This document shows positions 12,848 to 26,971 of a DNA stretch of 64,000 nucleotides, piece after piece. The DNA is taken from NCBI GenBank assembly GCA_035084275.1, contig CM068748.1:3410001-3474000 (forward strand), in the 5' to 3' direction. How positions within the stretch are numbered: position 1 is the first letter of the stretch; each line of letters opens with the position of its first letter. Both the position numbers and the translations under genes were made by a program. The DNA is from Hydrolagus colliei (taxonomy: Eukaryota). The notes under the pieces were generated by a model. It had not been told where the DNA came from, made no database searches, and worked only from the letters and a program-made list of their open reading frames with translations.

Positions 12848-15800
12848 TACATCACGCGGGGTCACAAATTTAGTTCAATCCTTACAATTTTGGGGGGGAA
12901 AACTGGGTGTTTCTGACAAATGCAGAAACCCATCATCATGCTTAAGAGACTCCAACTAGATGGAGAGTTTCACATCTCTATGGTTTCTATTTATCTGAAT
13001 GGTGTGCGCAGAAAAAAGCACATCCGGCTTACTTAAAGCCTGTAGAGTTTAGGTTCAGGTTGACAAGAGTAAAGGCTTATTGTCTCCCAAGTTGTGAATT
13101 GGGATAGTGCTGGAGTTTTAACCAGTTAAAATTGTGCATTTTACATTTGAAAACATTGGTAAGCTTTATCAAGCTTTAGGACCCACCCTACTCATTACGG
13201 CCTTGGCTTCCCAAAGTGAAAGGCACAATATAAATGCAATTTGTTATTCTTGCTGCTGTGTTGTTGGCTTGCAGGGTTAACAGGCATACAGATATAGCAC
13301 AACCAAGATACCCACACAAAAATGAATGAGTGCGCTCAAGCAATTGATTTGTTTTCTTTTCAGTGAAGTCAGATTCCCAAAGGATGCTGTCGATACATTA
13401 ATACCACCAACACAGCAAAGGCAACCTTCTGGCTGTGAAAATAATTTCTGACACTGTCAAACAATTTACAGTTAGCTTGAGGGCATGCCCCGTTCCCTTT
13501 GATATTGCAGATAGGTTCAACTTCTGGCCAGTATTCATAGAAAATTATATATGCTCAGAGGATACATAAGATAAAAGAAAATATTATAACAGACTATAAA
13601 GTGAAACAGGAAAGAGGGAGCTGACACTTTAGGTAACACTGACCATATCTTATAACATTATGATTAAACATATGGTATTTTTTTCAGCATGGCTATCAAA
13701 CAAAACAGAAGTTCAAAGAACACGCTGTTTACTTTGTAAAGCAAGGACATACCACATTATATTGTCTCTGTGGCCAAGGGATGAAATGGGGATTATATGT
13801 AACTGAATGCAGTAATGGTGCAGTACCACAATAAATAGTGCTGAAGGTTTGAAGATGGAATGAGAGATAATTATTGCACTAGGTGAGAAAATATATGAAT
13901 TCAAGGCCGTTTATTCCAGCATAAAGCATGATTACCCAGCAGTAAACATGATTGATCATTCATTGCAGTCACTGACAGACATTATTACACAATTTATCCA
14001 TACTTTACTCAAACATTGTTGATTAGTTCTTTCTTTTCAGGAAATTTGAGATATTAATTTATTGCTATTGTCTGTCTCTTCATTAGAATCAGTTTTCAAT
14101 TTTAAATGTATTTGCCAGGAAATAATGATCAGCTAATCGGAATCTTATATTATTCTTATTATTATTCTTCAATTTTATTTGTGAATAGCAGAAACTGTGG
14201 GTCGGATTTGACCAGCTATGACTGGGTAGAGGCAACCACAACCTCTTAATTATCTTCCTTGGTCACATATCACTGATTCATGACTTCTTCAGGCAAACTG
14301 TAGGTTGTCTTTTAAAAGGTTGCAAAATCACGTGGACCATCCAAAGCTGTTTCTACTTCCTTTGTGTGTAAGTAACAGTGGGCCTATGCGTTGCTGAAAA
14401 AAGATAAGAGGGCTTCTCATAGCAAACAATCCCCCAGTCAGAAATGGTTATATCACATCATTGCTGTTTGCGGGATATTGCTGTGTGCAAATTGGATGCC
14501 ACATTCGCTTGCAAAGATACAAGGCACTATGTAAATCGAAAAGAGTATCATTATGCAGAAACTGCCATCACAAGTTCTGTAGAATGATGATCTTATCTTG
14601 GAGTTGTGCTTTTGCTTCCCTAGTTACATGAACAAAGACTATATAATCTCAAACAGTGTGAAAACCATTGTGGAACCTTTCTGTGAATGATCACTTTAAA
14701 TCAGTGACGTAAAAACCCATCAAATATTAATATTTTTAGATCCCAACAACAGCTCGTTCTGAATACAAAGAACTTCCTTACCAAGGATATCCTTCTTTGG
14801 GTTGATAAGGTACAATCTCTATTTGTTTAAATAACATTTATTGTTTATTTCAAAATGCAGCTCTGCTAGATACAGCCAAAAGAATTCTGCCGTTGTCAAA
14901 ATACTGCGACCAAATAAAATCCATGCCGCCTTATCTCTTATAGATTTGGACATTTCATTATACAGTATATCCAAGACATTTTCAATGTATTTATCATATA
15001 CAATACCAGAAACTCGTTCATTGTAATCTTTGAACCAGGGTACGAAAATTACTTCAAGACATTAGCGCAACATTGTTTAAATTCATAGCAGAATTTATAG
15101 GCTTTTTGTGCAGATGTTATGCTGTAAATCTCCTCATTAAAGATTCTGACGTGCAATTAAAATAGTCCCAAAAGTGGAGTATTTTGGTAGTTAACCTGCA
15201 GCAAGGTTCAGTGACTGTACAATTACAATGGGCAACATTTTTACTATATAACAAATCCTGGCTACCAGATAAATTTATGATGTAGTGTAGATTTCTGAAT
15301 CAATGGAAGCACGGTAGAAAGATGTGACACAGGGGCTTCCAAAATTCTTATAAAACAAACCACGGCAATAGAAAATGGAAGCAGCAGATATGATGAAATT
15401 GTGCACAAATATCATTTGCATGTGTAAATGCCATGGAACATTTTAGCTCCAGTGATTTCTGCATTTCCTCTCTTTCCTTAAAAATGTTGGCTTCCCTTTG
15501 CTTGTGTATTTAACCTCTAGAGTACAATACTCTCAAATTGTGTATTAACGTTTGAATCTTGTGAGCTGAGTACTTCAGAAAGGAAGGTGAGAAAAGCGCA
15601 AGTCAGCCAACTCAACTGGAGCTGCTTATTTTTTTTAAACACACACACACATACAATTTGACATTTTGCTCATGTAAGGCAAAATTGATTATGTGAGCAT
15701 GAAAATGACTGCCGTGTGATTGACAAAATCGTTTGCTTAATATACTATGGCTATCCTGAGTTGAGTGAACCCTATGCAAATCCCACCCTGTCATTTATAC

Positions 15801-15869
15801 TTTGGAGCTCTAGTGGGATCTGTGCTTCAACTCATGTTGCATATTTTCCCTACAGAGTGAGTAAGAACT

Positions 15870-16230
15870 TGTTTTATTAATGCACTTTATTGTGATAAAA
15901 CATCCCAAAGCATTTCATAGATACAGTACTAACTCATCAAGTGTAGTGCTGGTTTTGTAGGCAAATGCAACAGCAAATTGTGCCAGCCTGATCCCACAAA
16001 TAGCCAAGAGGTGAAAGAACCACTTAATCTGCTTGACCATTGGCTAGGACACAGGGGAAAACACTCAATTTTCTTTCCGACCATTATCATGAATGTTTAA
16101 TGTACACCTGAACAAGTAGACAGGGATTTGATTTAATGGCTCATCCAAATGATGGCACCTTCAACAATGCAGGACTCTCCAATGATACATTGGATTGTCA
16201 GCCAAGTTCAGATTCCAAAGGGTGGGGTGA
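15870..16230 (-). mobile_element. Older DeuSINE-like element
   Basis: gcaaatgcaacagcaaattgtgccagcctgatcccacaaatagc...gatggcaccttcaacaatgcag. Confidence 0.7.
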
Positions 16231-17058
16231 GGTACATCTTCTTGCGCGAAGTCTGCTAGACAATGGGGGATCACTTCTGAGCAGAATTACAGTTGGTGTG
16301 ATGCTATTTTATTAATGGCAAAAACCCCACTATATACAGTGCATTGTTTTGCTGTATGACCAAATTCTGCTTTTCATTCATTAGAATGTTGTTCTAGTTT
16401 AGACCCCAATCAGTCTGAAGGAAGTTTCAAGCCTGAGACTCTTGATAGGGATGTTAAAAATACGAGGGCACGTGGAACAAACGTTCTCTGTATTGTTGAC
16501 TTCACTAAACCTACTGTCTTCCAGGTGAAAGTTCTGTAGAGATAATCCCCGATTCCCAAAGGCAGCTAAGAAAAATTGCATTGCTCAAATTTGGCTTCTT
16601 TCCCACATTGGCCCCAGCAAGACAGAACCCATTGTATCCTGTGGAGCATTTGCTCATTTCAATCCTACATCATCCAATATTGTTCTCAAGCAGATACTTA
16701 ATCAGTTCATTAGCTTCTAACTAATAGCCTGTCTCCATGTAAAATAACTTACAGAAATGTAATGTCTTGTGATTTTTTTTAACCACTTCCAACTTTCCTC
16801 ACTTGATCATTTAGTGGAGATAATAACAGAACTATTTCAGGCCATCTGGAAGAATTTTGTGTACCGTTTTATACTGGCTAGACTGCAGTGATTAGTGAAC
16901 AATAAATGTTTCAAGAATTAGTCTCCATGCAGTCTATGGATGCATAACTATATGCTGAAAAGAAGAATGACTTATTTATTGTTATACTAACAGAACAGGA
17001 CTTTACAGATATTAATGAAGCAAAATGCTGGTTTTGCAAAACTCTACGGTTATGTGGT

Positions 17059-17372
17059 AGAGTCCTGTAGCTCAGTGGTTAGAGCGCACTCGCCTTACAA
17101 GCGCGATACCTATGTTTGAATCCAGGCTGGGCGAAAACTTGGGCAAACTTACTCCACATGCCTAATAATAATCCCTGAAAAAACAATAATAAATTGGTCA
17201 TTTAAATCCACAACTGTTTGTGGGACACTGCTGTATGCAATTGGCTGCTGCGTTTAGCCCACAAATATACAGTTAATTCACTTTACAATATGTTCTGTGA
17301 AGCACTTTGAAACATCTAGAAAACGTGAAAAGCGCTATATCAAATGCAAGGATTATTATTATTATTATTATT
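17059..17372 (+). mobile_element. Full-length young tRNA-derived SINE (Deu-like core, L2-like tail)
   Basis: A-box tagctcagtggttagagc, B-box-like gtttgaatcc, core ctgtttgtgggacactgctgtatgcaattggctgc, tail ending (ATT)n. Confidence 0.92.
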
Positions 17373-17565
17373 ATGTGGTGGATAGGAGATCTGTAAAAAT
17401 AGCTTTTTGAATATAACTGAAATGGTCCATCGTATTAGTTTTTCAGCATTGAAATCTTGGGATCGAAAATGTGAAGTTTGTAAACTGGTAGCCAGGTCAA
17501 GAGTTTGCAAAAATTGATTGCAAACACTTGTACATGATTTGCAAAACAACAAAGTGTAAAATGAT

Positions 17566-17850
17566 CAACAACAAAATTACATTGTACAAAATTGTAGCGC
17601 CTTTCATGTCAGGAGGACATTCAAAGGCGCTGGACAGTCAGTGTTTTTGACCCGAGCTGGGATCAGGGAAGGTAGAGGGAAGGAAATGACCAATGGCACG
17701 GTTGAAGAGGAGGGTCTTGAGATGAGACTTCAAGGAGCCTAGGGAGGGAGTGAGGCAGAGGGATTGTACGATGGAATTCCAGAGGTTGGGGGCCAGAGTG
17801 GCTGCAGGCACACCTGCCGATGATGGGGCGGGGGACATGGAGTAGGCCAC
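17566..17850 (-). mobile_element. L2 3' fragment
   Basis: Reads APNLWNSI...LKSHLKTLLFNRA and carries the L2 tail. Confidence 0.88.
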
Positions 17851-18491
17851 AGCCCGCAAAAGCAAATTACTTGCCACACCTTCCTCAGATTTGGGAGAAT
17901 TGGGGATTTGCTGTTCTCTAAATCTAACAATCCATATTCCCAATTAGCAACTCAATGTTCAGTGACTGTTCACTCAGCTTGCGACCATCACATTCACCAC
18001 ACCATTAAAGTTTAACACCACCTGTGTGTGAAACTGTTTTGGGGTTTACTTGCAAACACTTAACGTAATAATGCAAATTCCAACACATTTTCCATGAAGA
18101 GAGCATAAATCCTTTGCTTGCAATGTGCTATTGTTGTGAGCAAATGATACATCCACATTAGTGAAGAATTCTACCCCACCCATCCAATAAATTAATCTGT
18201 GGCTTTTTGCAAAGATTTTATACAGCTGGTATAAAGCAGCAGGCAATGCTCTATAAGTATGCTACCCCAAGGCCAGCCAGAAGTACAGAAATCCAGCCAT
18301 AAAATGTTGAAACATGATTCATGTTCCAGGTATTTCCTAGTTTGAGAAGAGAATGACATAGTTAATGCAGTTTATACATGATCTCTGTTCGTGGATCGCA
18401 CTTTTTTGGTTCAGTGAGTTTTGGAAAACTCACAGAGGTGCCGCAGATCTGTAGACAAACAAATTATATATAGCTAAAACCCACTATATTC

Positions 18492-18557
18492 CAGCGCCTT
18501 GGGACATCCTCCCGACTTCAAAAGCGCACTATAAATGTAATTTTGTTGTTGATGTTG
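18492..18557 (+). mobile_element. L2 3' tail
   Basis: cagcgccttgggacatcctcccgac...ataaatgtaattttgttgttg. Confidence 0.82.
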
Positions 18558-19489
18558 TATAAAATCATAAACCACCCTCAAAATGTTCTTTCTCTCAAAA
18601 ACTTGTTCCAAATGAAATAGGAAGACATAATTTAACATACGTGCTGTAATGTTCTGATATATCTCGATATTTTAACCCATTTACAATGTTCTTTATAATG
18701 TTTTTCATCGTGCTCCAAAAATTCATATCTCTGCTTTGTGGGTGGATGGACACCGTTGATTAGGTGCAATTTGCTCAGATGACAAGAGAGACCATTCATT
18801 TCTAACAAGATCCACCCTGTCATTTAAGATGATAAATACCAATGCAAATTTATCATTAAACAGATTAATGTTAGAATATTCATCAATGGATTTGCTAGAT
18901 GCCACCAGATTCAAATAATAATCTGGTTGATGAGCATACATTACTTGTTCATTTACTTAATTGAATCATCAAGTATTGGACAGTGCCATTTTTTAATAAC
19001 AATAAATCTTACATTTGATAGAGCCTTTCATGTAAGGCATATATCTCAAAGTGCTTCACAGAATACACTGGAATATGACAGTATTCTGACAATATTTTGC
19101 GATTGAAAGGATGTAAAGGGGGCTGTATCTGCACCAATGGATATCTCAACAGATGTTTGCAGGCTGGATGAATGTGTGGGATACGTGAAGTGACAGGTAG
19201 GTAGAAAAGACAGGTCGAGATGACAGAGGCTTTGTTATTCTGGAGTTGGAGGAGTTGGTTTCACAAGAGAAAGGTAAATAGATAAGTACAACCTGATTCT
19301 ACCTTGATACTATTTGCACAGCAATACTAAAACAGCATTAACCACAACTAACTAAACCATAATAATACTAATAACGGATAACATAATTAGCACAGATGGC
19401 TATTGGGGAATGGATTATGAGAATCATTCAAGACAACAACATCAAAATTACATTTGAAACCAGACTGGCACTTGACAATATAATGGGAT

Positions 19490-19633
19490 GTGGCACCATT
19501 GGCTGCCACATTTCGCCCACAAAATATACAGTTTCGCCCACAAAATATACTTTACAGTATATTCTTTAAAGCACTTTGAGATGTCTCAATAAAGTGATGA
19601 GGCACTATCTCAAAATTGCAGGGATTATTATTA
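19490..19633 (+). mobile_element. Young SINE 3' part with an internal tandem duplication
   Basis: tttcgcccacaaaatatac occurs twice. Confidence 0.82.
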
Positions 19634-19987
19634 CCTAGCATTGTCCCACAAGATAAATTAGGATTTGGGACCTGTAGCAGCATTTGCTGATGGTGGCATT
19701 GTGCAGTGTGATGATTGACAGACGAGAGGACCAGTATCACAGAAAGGAAAATGTTACCTTTCAATTCAATTGACTTTTTAGCTGCATCTCCCGGAAACAA
19801 AAAAAAAGTTTCACTGGTCTTCGGTTCTTTATGTGTCCTATTAATCAATAGGACAATTAATCACTATACACGTGCTGTCAGTTTAGAAAGGCAATGACTG
19901 GTTAAAATGGCCTCAGTACTTATACCTTCACCACAAAAATTACTCAGTTTAAAACATAAAAGTGCTTTTCAACAACAATATTTGAAG

Positions 19988-20041
19988 CAGGGGTGGCTAA
20001 CCTGTGGCCCACAGTCTACATGCATAAATTGACCATCCCTG
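19988..20041. mobile_element. Minimal hAT-like remnant
   Basis: Imperfect TIRs caggggtggctaac ... ttgaccatccctg; the 8-bp TSD is poorly preserved. Confidence 0.4.
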
Positions 20042-20469
20042 TTTTTCAGCATGTTCTGGTTAGACTAAGAGGCTTTCATAGGCAGGCACCTGGACTGTGT
20101 AGGACAAATATGAATGCTGGCACTCAAATTAAGTGCCTTGAAAATACATGCAAAGTGCTTGATTTGTAATATTAATTGGTTCCATTTAAAACCACCTACC
20201 TATTCTATTACATAACACAGTAATGAACAACAAGGTCAACGCTGTTTGTGCAATCTTGTGAGCAGAAAGTTAATGATAAATTGTGAACACAGCAGTGTCA
20301 GTTTAATGAACGTTCTTTCAGTGGAGCAGTACTTCCTTAGCCAGCAGCTGGTTGTCCACTAACAGTATTAACTGTAGGTTTTGGCTTTGTACATTCACTT
20401 GTAACCGAAGGAACTGACTGCCGTCAGCATACTTTCCTCCACCCATCATCAGCGGGTGAGTTTTCAGAT

Positions 20470-20703
20470 ATTTTATCCTCATTCTCTGGAACTCCATCTT
20501 GGAGTCCCTCCAACCCACCCTCTTTCAAAGCCCGCATCAATTAAGCCTTAGTACTTTTGAACAAGCATTCGGTCCTCGTTTCCCTCTCCACCCTTTTCAG
20601 CTCCCGCCCCTCGGCTCAGATGCCTAGCCAGCTGTGCAAAGCGCATTGAGAAGTCCGCCTGATGTGAAAAGAGCTAATCTAAATGTAAATTGTATTGTAT
20701 TGA
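20470..20703 (+). mobile_element. L2 3' fragment, diverged
   Basis: ctctggaactccatc...ttcaaagcccgc followed by an L2-type tail. Confidence 0.75.
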
Positions 20704-21754
20704 ATTTGGCCATTCAGCTGATATGCTACAGTTATAACTGCATCCAAGGAGGCAGATTTATTTTCACTTCAACCATTTCTGTTTGTTTTGACTGGTTAGC
20801 ATTAAGACAAGCTACAAGATACTAACTTGACGTTTTAGTTGGCTGCTCACATATTTACTTTTGCATAACTTGTTTTCATCATTGGCGTGACCCAGACCTA
20901 CCAGTCACATAAAGAGCAAATTGTTGTAAAGATTACAATGATTTGATTTTGAAACATGATGAGTAGTAAATATGTAAAGGAAATCCAGCTCTGCGGGTTC
21001 TACACACACAAGTGACAGGCCTATAATTAACTCAAATCTTGCAGAGCGCAATCAAGACATCTGTCGTTCAGTAATAAAAGTGCCACAGGCAAACTCCATT
21101 CAGATTCTGCCAGTTAAAAAGGACTTTAATCAAAATTACAGTATTAACCACAGATCCTCTAAATTCCCAGTCTCTTTTAAACAAATCATATTAAATTTGA
21201 GATTGCTCAGACATATCATCTCGAAAACAAAATGGATAATGACAATTCTTCCCTTCACCATTGCCTGACTGCCCAAAGAAGACATGCACAAAGACTTAAG
21301 CAGCGCTATGTTTGTTTCCCAGTCAATCATAAAACAATCTTTATACCGTTATCTTATTTCAAATTGTTTTGCTTTCAAAGTTTTACCTGCAAAACACATC
21401 TTTTTTTTCTTAGCCAGGATTCCATTATCTTCTCACCAGTCGCATTTCTCCTGTATCTTGCAGGATGCATCATACAGCAAGCAATAGATGCAATGATGCT
21501 GTGTTTTTACACATTCAATACAACACGTGAAATCTGTATCATGTCACAAATGTGGGTGACAGATTCAATAGGATTAGCAAGGTATCCCCACTGCTACTTT
21601 GGCTTATTTGATTTTAGGGAAACATTATTTTAGAGCACAGAGAACCATCACATTAACATACATTATCTGACATTAAATTGTACAAAAAATTACATTCACA
21701 TGCTTTACTTCCAATGAAGTTGCATAAATTGGTCAGTACAGAAAGAGCTTGTTA

Positions 21755-21975
21755 TAATAATAATAATCCCCTCAAAAAAACCACAATAATAAAATTGGTC
21801 ATTTCAATCCACGACTATTTGTGGGACACTGCTGTGCGCAATTGGCTGCCACGATTCGCCCACAAATATATACAGTCAATTCACTTTACAGTATATTTTG
21901 CGAAGTGCTTTGAGACATTGATAAGATGTAAAAAATGCTATATCAAATGCAAGGATTATTATTAATATATTATTA
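21755..21975 (+). mobile_element. Young SINE, 5'-truncated
   Basis: Core and tail match. Confidence 0.9.
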
Positions 21976-23012
21976 TTGTTATACTATTTCAAATGCAGGT
22001 AATGGTATCCACATCCAGAGATTGTTTCCTCCCTACCACTGAACCCAACAAGGTCAGACACACATGGATCCGTCATGTGTTCATTCCTATGCAATGATCT
22101 TTATGTTGGATGTTAATAACGTGATTTCCCAACAGAAAGAGATTTCTCATTATAAAGTTGCAACATAAAGAGAGCTATTTTTAACAAAGCAGATCGAACC
22201 TACAACCAGACGGACATCCTCCTCTTGCTTTTAGTGAACTCAGCGCTCTGCTAGGCCAATGTAGTTTTATACCAATGGCCTATTGGGGCCTTCTATACAT
22301 AACAGGGAACGTCCACATCAGGAAGTAAAGTTTCAATTAGCAAATTTAGAAGCAAATCTACATGAGTAACGTCGTGCATGAACACTTGTTGTGGTATTGC
22401 CGCCAGTGCTGTTGTTTCTGCCCTGCAGTCTTGTAAAACAAAACTGTTGTGCAAATCAACTGCTCTGACAGCCTCGGGGTATCCTTAGCAGCTCTACAGT
22501 GTGCCAAATTATAACTGCGGCAGTAGTTTTACTGCCACATGTGAAAACATTTTTTTTCCTTGGCAAAATGTTAATTCTCTAATCAAGCATTGGTACAAGA
22601 AACACATGTAACCAATTCAATTACAATGTGTTGAACACGGTAGAAATGTCGCTTTGCTCTGGAAAATAAAAGCGCACAAAAGAACACTGTACCACCAACC
22701 GATAAAATAATAGAATTCAGTTTGTTTTGTTCTACTACATTGTAGATCAATTATCTCATAACGTTTAAACGTATACCTTTTTTTGTTGAGTCGTATTTTT
22801 GTAGACCTTGAAATTAAAATGTTGTGTCAATGGTGAGCATATAGTCTTCAATTCAGTTAAATTCAGCCTGAATAGCAGCAACATAATATTGTCCAAAAGC
22901 TTTATTAAAAAAAAGTTATGGCTTTAAAACAGTCATGAAGGAATAGAATAGAACTGATCCTCAATAGTCCTGAGTGCTCTGTGCTTTGATTTTCAAAAGT
23001 GCCAACACAATG

Positions 23013-23080
23013 ATACAATCCAATACAAAATTACATTTGTGCAGCGCCTTTCACGTCGGGAGGACGTCCCAAGGCGCTGA
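23013..23080 (-). mobile_element. L2 3' tail
   Basis: cagcgcctttcacgtcgggaggacgtcccaaggcgctg. Confidence 0.85.
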
Positions 23081-23984
23081 AGCTGAATGCTGGTCATTAA
23101 TCAATTAAGGATGAATACTATGAAACCTGAACAGACCAGAAGTGAACTGAGCCTTTTGTATATAATGCAAAATGGATGCCCAATGGGACAAATATGTATC
23201 TGTTCGTATAGGTGCAATTTATCACAACTAGGTGTATGCACAACAGTCTTTCTCTGAGAAACTTACTAATTCCCAACTTGTGAGCATTGTTTTTAGGATA
23301 TTTCAGTATTAAACTGGCTCAAATTAACTGGCTTAGAGTTTTTTTTTTCCTTCGACCACGTTTCACAACAAGATAAATGATTTATTTTTGTTCGCAGTCA
23401 CTGTGATATGTTTGCAAATCCACAATTATACCCTACAACGGCATACTCAAGCATGGCATCTGAATTGCAACATCTGCTTGCGGATGCGTAGTGAAAGAGT
23501 TGAACAGAACTGCTGAAATTCAGATTTATTAGGGCAAGACAGAGTTACAACAGTGACTACCAATGATGTACCAGATGAGCTCTGCTGAGCTGGAAAAGTT
23601 GGGCTGATGCTTTATATCACTGCATGCTCTAATACTCAAAAACAAAATCACCAGGTTTATCAAAATAGACTGTATGCGTTACGAGGCAAATATGAAAAAA
23701 AATTACTATTAATAACTCAGAACATTTAAAACATATATTTATCGTACTAATGAACGTTCAATCTGACCTAGCATGCTCAGCAGAATCCACAATGTTTGGG
23801 TTTATGCTTGTTTAAGTTGAGAGTAATTTAAGTTTGAATAGGACCATTAGTTGCAATATGTTATCAAAAGCTACGCATCATTAAAGCAGGATCCATTTAT
23901 TGCCCTGGGCATTACATATGCCATCAATTTGCAGCACAGATCCCAAACATAAATGCATTGTGAGACTGTATTAGAACTACTTAC

Positions 23985-24058
23985 TCGTTTCTTTCAAGTT
24001 CAATGATCAATTCTTTCCCGTCAGCTTCAATTAGGAACTTGGCCAATGAAGGGTGGCT
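23985..24058 (-). CDS. adam12: ADAM12-like, coding exon 3 (prodomain)
   Basis: Acceptor ttctttgtatttttgctatag| and donor ACGA|gtaagt. Length is 74 nt, phase 0 to 2. SHPSLAKFLIEADGKELIIELERN(E/D) aligns without gaps to recalled human ADAM12 NHPEVLNIRLQRESKELIINLERNE. ADAM19 and ADAM33 are the alternative paralogue calls. Confidence 0.9.
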
Positions 24059-26971
24059 CTATAGCAAAAATACAAAGAAGCATGTAATGTAGTTTTGAAA
24101 ATGCATGATATAATTATGACGTGTACTTGTTTCTAACTAACATTATTTAATCTAGCACTTATCCATCGAATCCCATGGTCATTTCTTAGCTATTGCTGGT
24201 TTGTGACGCAGCTGATCCCTTGTAAGTTATTATCAAGGCAGGTCAGCCTACCTAATAACAGTGCATTACATGGATGGAACACATCTTCCTCTGCAAAGGG
24301 AGTGTAAAGGAGCAAAATGCATACCTCCGGTTTAAGCCACATCACTGCTTACATTTTGAAGATACCAGTTTGGAAAATGTACTCAACCTGGGAACCATAA
24401 TACTGGTTTTCTTCCCCGCCCCACCCCAAGTCTTTCATCAAAGTTTATACTGTATGCTACCAGAATCGTAATAACAGAATGGACTTCATACCACCTTTGC
24501 ATTTTAATTCAGAGCACTGGTTGTATAAACAAGGTTTCGATTTCTTTCTTGGCAAGCCAGAAAAGCATGATCTGGGGTGGAGTAACCACAGGGTGGAGTA
24601 GAGGAAAAGAGCTAGTGGCCTCTTGAAGTGGAGCTATGAGAGGGCACAGACTCCAGCATTACAGAAACATATGCTGCAGTGACTTTGCCTGGCTGTAGAA
24701 GTAACACTTCACTATGGAGTGCTCACCACTCCGTGACCTCAGCAGTTCCTGGAAGAAAACTGGAGCACAATAATGTTATTCATCCCAGGCGCATAATAAA
24801 TAATGCTTACACTTGGTGCGGCATATTATCATACTGTATGTCTCAAAGCACTTTAAATTACATTCAAAATGTAATGGTTGTCAAATGCAGAAGGTATTCT
24901 GTACCACTAACGCTAGTATACTCTGCCATACACTATTCGAGTGCAATGGATAAAACTGTCACTGATACAATTCCTGTGTGAGAGATTAGCTGTAAACACG
25001 GTACCCATTCCACTTTTTGCTCGATCAGGGTGAAGTACACACATTATTGATGGTTTGTAGCTGTTCCCATAAGTATGATTGATCAATCTAATCTGGCTCT
25101 GTTCTTCCTGGGAGACCAAACCTAATCCTGAGATCCTCTGCAATTCACATATGTCCTCAAGTTAGTTGTGGAGGTGCAAAGATTGTTTGCTCTTATTCTC
25201 CTAGAATATCTGTGGAGGGAGTGTTTGACAGATCATCTGTTTGACAGATAACCCATCAATATCAATATCCAAATCAGAGGTCCATATATACATGAGCAGC
25301 CTGCTTATTTAATTCCAAAGTTTCAGATGCAGGTTGGTAAAAATCAAGGCTTGGGGACTCCAGAGGATGCATATGTGGTACTGCTTGAGTTTAACCAGTT
25401 AAACCTGACTAGCTTGCTCTTGCAAAAACTGTCTAGCAACCTTCTCACTGCTTATTCAGCTAGAACAACCCTACCCTTTAGGACTATGGCTTTCAAGATT
25501 ATCAGATGTCAAATGGGAAGAATCCCTGCCCCAAGCTCCAAGTCCAGACCATGAGCCAGGCCAATAAGTCTGTTGTCAACAGTGCCTTGGACACTATGGA
25601 CATACCTGACTCAGGAACTGCATTGCTACAGTAAATTAATTCAATTTCAATATCCAGTTACTGGTTGCATGTCCAGGGAGGTAGCTGAGTCCCCAGGGGG
25701 GGCAAGGCTGATCTCCACCAAGCAGATTAGCCTCTAGTTGGACATTAGACAATTAACAAGCACAGGTCTGAACCCTATTATACGGACAGCGGGTACTAGG
25801 ACACTTGATAAGCAGTACGACTCAACATGAAATGCATGTGAGTATTGCCACTAACCCTCCCACAGCTCAGAGACACTCACCCTATATATTGAGTGGTGAG
25901 CCCATCAGTTAGAAATGAGGAGCCTGAGCAGCAGCTGCTTGCCTCTTTAAATAACAATCAAGGGAGGTAGCAATCCCTGGATACATGAGAGTGTGTTCAT
26001 GAACCCAAACGCCAATATATGCTGCTGACAGAACAATGACATGAGCAGTGCTTCCTGCACATATTTTGCAGCAATTGACATTGATGTGATGTGATGCCTT
26101 GGAAGTCAGAGATGTTTTGGAGCGGAAAGCTAGCTGGTCATCGTCAGAAACCAGGTGTACTGTACTTCTGGCACATCAACAGCACCAGGTTTGTTCTGTA
26201 ACTGATCCAGAGCATGTCCTAATGGGGGTGCTGTCGTGTGGCTGCTGCTAAAACACACATTTATAATGCAGGACACTGATCTAAGAACTGTTTCCTCCTC
26301 CCTACCCACACACTCTCAAAGACAGCACGAGTCTGCTTGGAAGATCACCAACTGGGTGAAAAATCACTTTTGTATTGCTCAAAAAACTGATGATTATTCA
26401 GCACAAAGACAAATGCAGCTGGATTCTTCCTCAAAATGCACGGATACACAAAAGCTAAGAGAATAAATAATGCTCAAATGTTTAGTGTGTGTAAATGTGG
26501 CATTCATGTAAATATAAGAGGCATTGGAAGTGCAATGACTTGATTGTAACCATATTTGCAGAAAGTATCATGATTGTAATGCTTGCATGAGGTAATATAA
26601 TGTTTATACGTTTGAACTGATCCTATTATCTATTGTGTTTATTTTTCCAGATCAAAATCTACGCTTCAGAGATCACTTCAATAAAAAAATCCACTATTTA
26701 TTAACAAAATCTGTACAATAGTTTATAAACCCAAATCTCAGCTTCCACGTATTTTTCCAAATATTAACCAGTAAGGCAAAATGTATCTGGCTAGCTATGT
26801 ACAGCCAATGGCTGTTTGAAGAGTAATCCACAAAATCGTGTGGTTTGGCTGACGATTTGGTATCTGATGGTAATACCATTTGCACATTCTGAAGCCGCTG
26901 CAATCAAAAGCTACTAAAATCAGCAAGGTTCACTGATTAAGGTTTCTTCAAAGAAGAGTTTCCTCTAGTCA

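Noticed and set aside
17059-17135. tRNA-Val(TAC)-like genes at SINE heads (also 27413 and 31878)
   Set aside because: They run directly into SINE body and tail, with no proper acceptor stem or terminator.
18632-18830. Potential minus-strand exon after an atgacag acceptor (GWILLEMNG...)
   Set aside because: It does not match the expected ADAM prodomain continuation and has no convincing donor.
20318-20518. ORF resembling a prodomain strand (LRLQVNVQSQNLQLIL)
   Set aside because: It overlaps an antisense L2 remnant and lacks splice sites; the real exon 3 is at 23985-24058.
1-23984. ADAM exon 4 (expected motif like L.A..FTETHY..DG) or later exons
   Set aside because: A scan by eye for the reverse-complement ETHY codons with flanking splice sites found none. 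The exon is probably beyond the window, but a divergent exon could have been missed.
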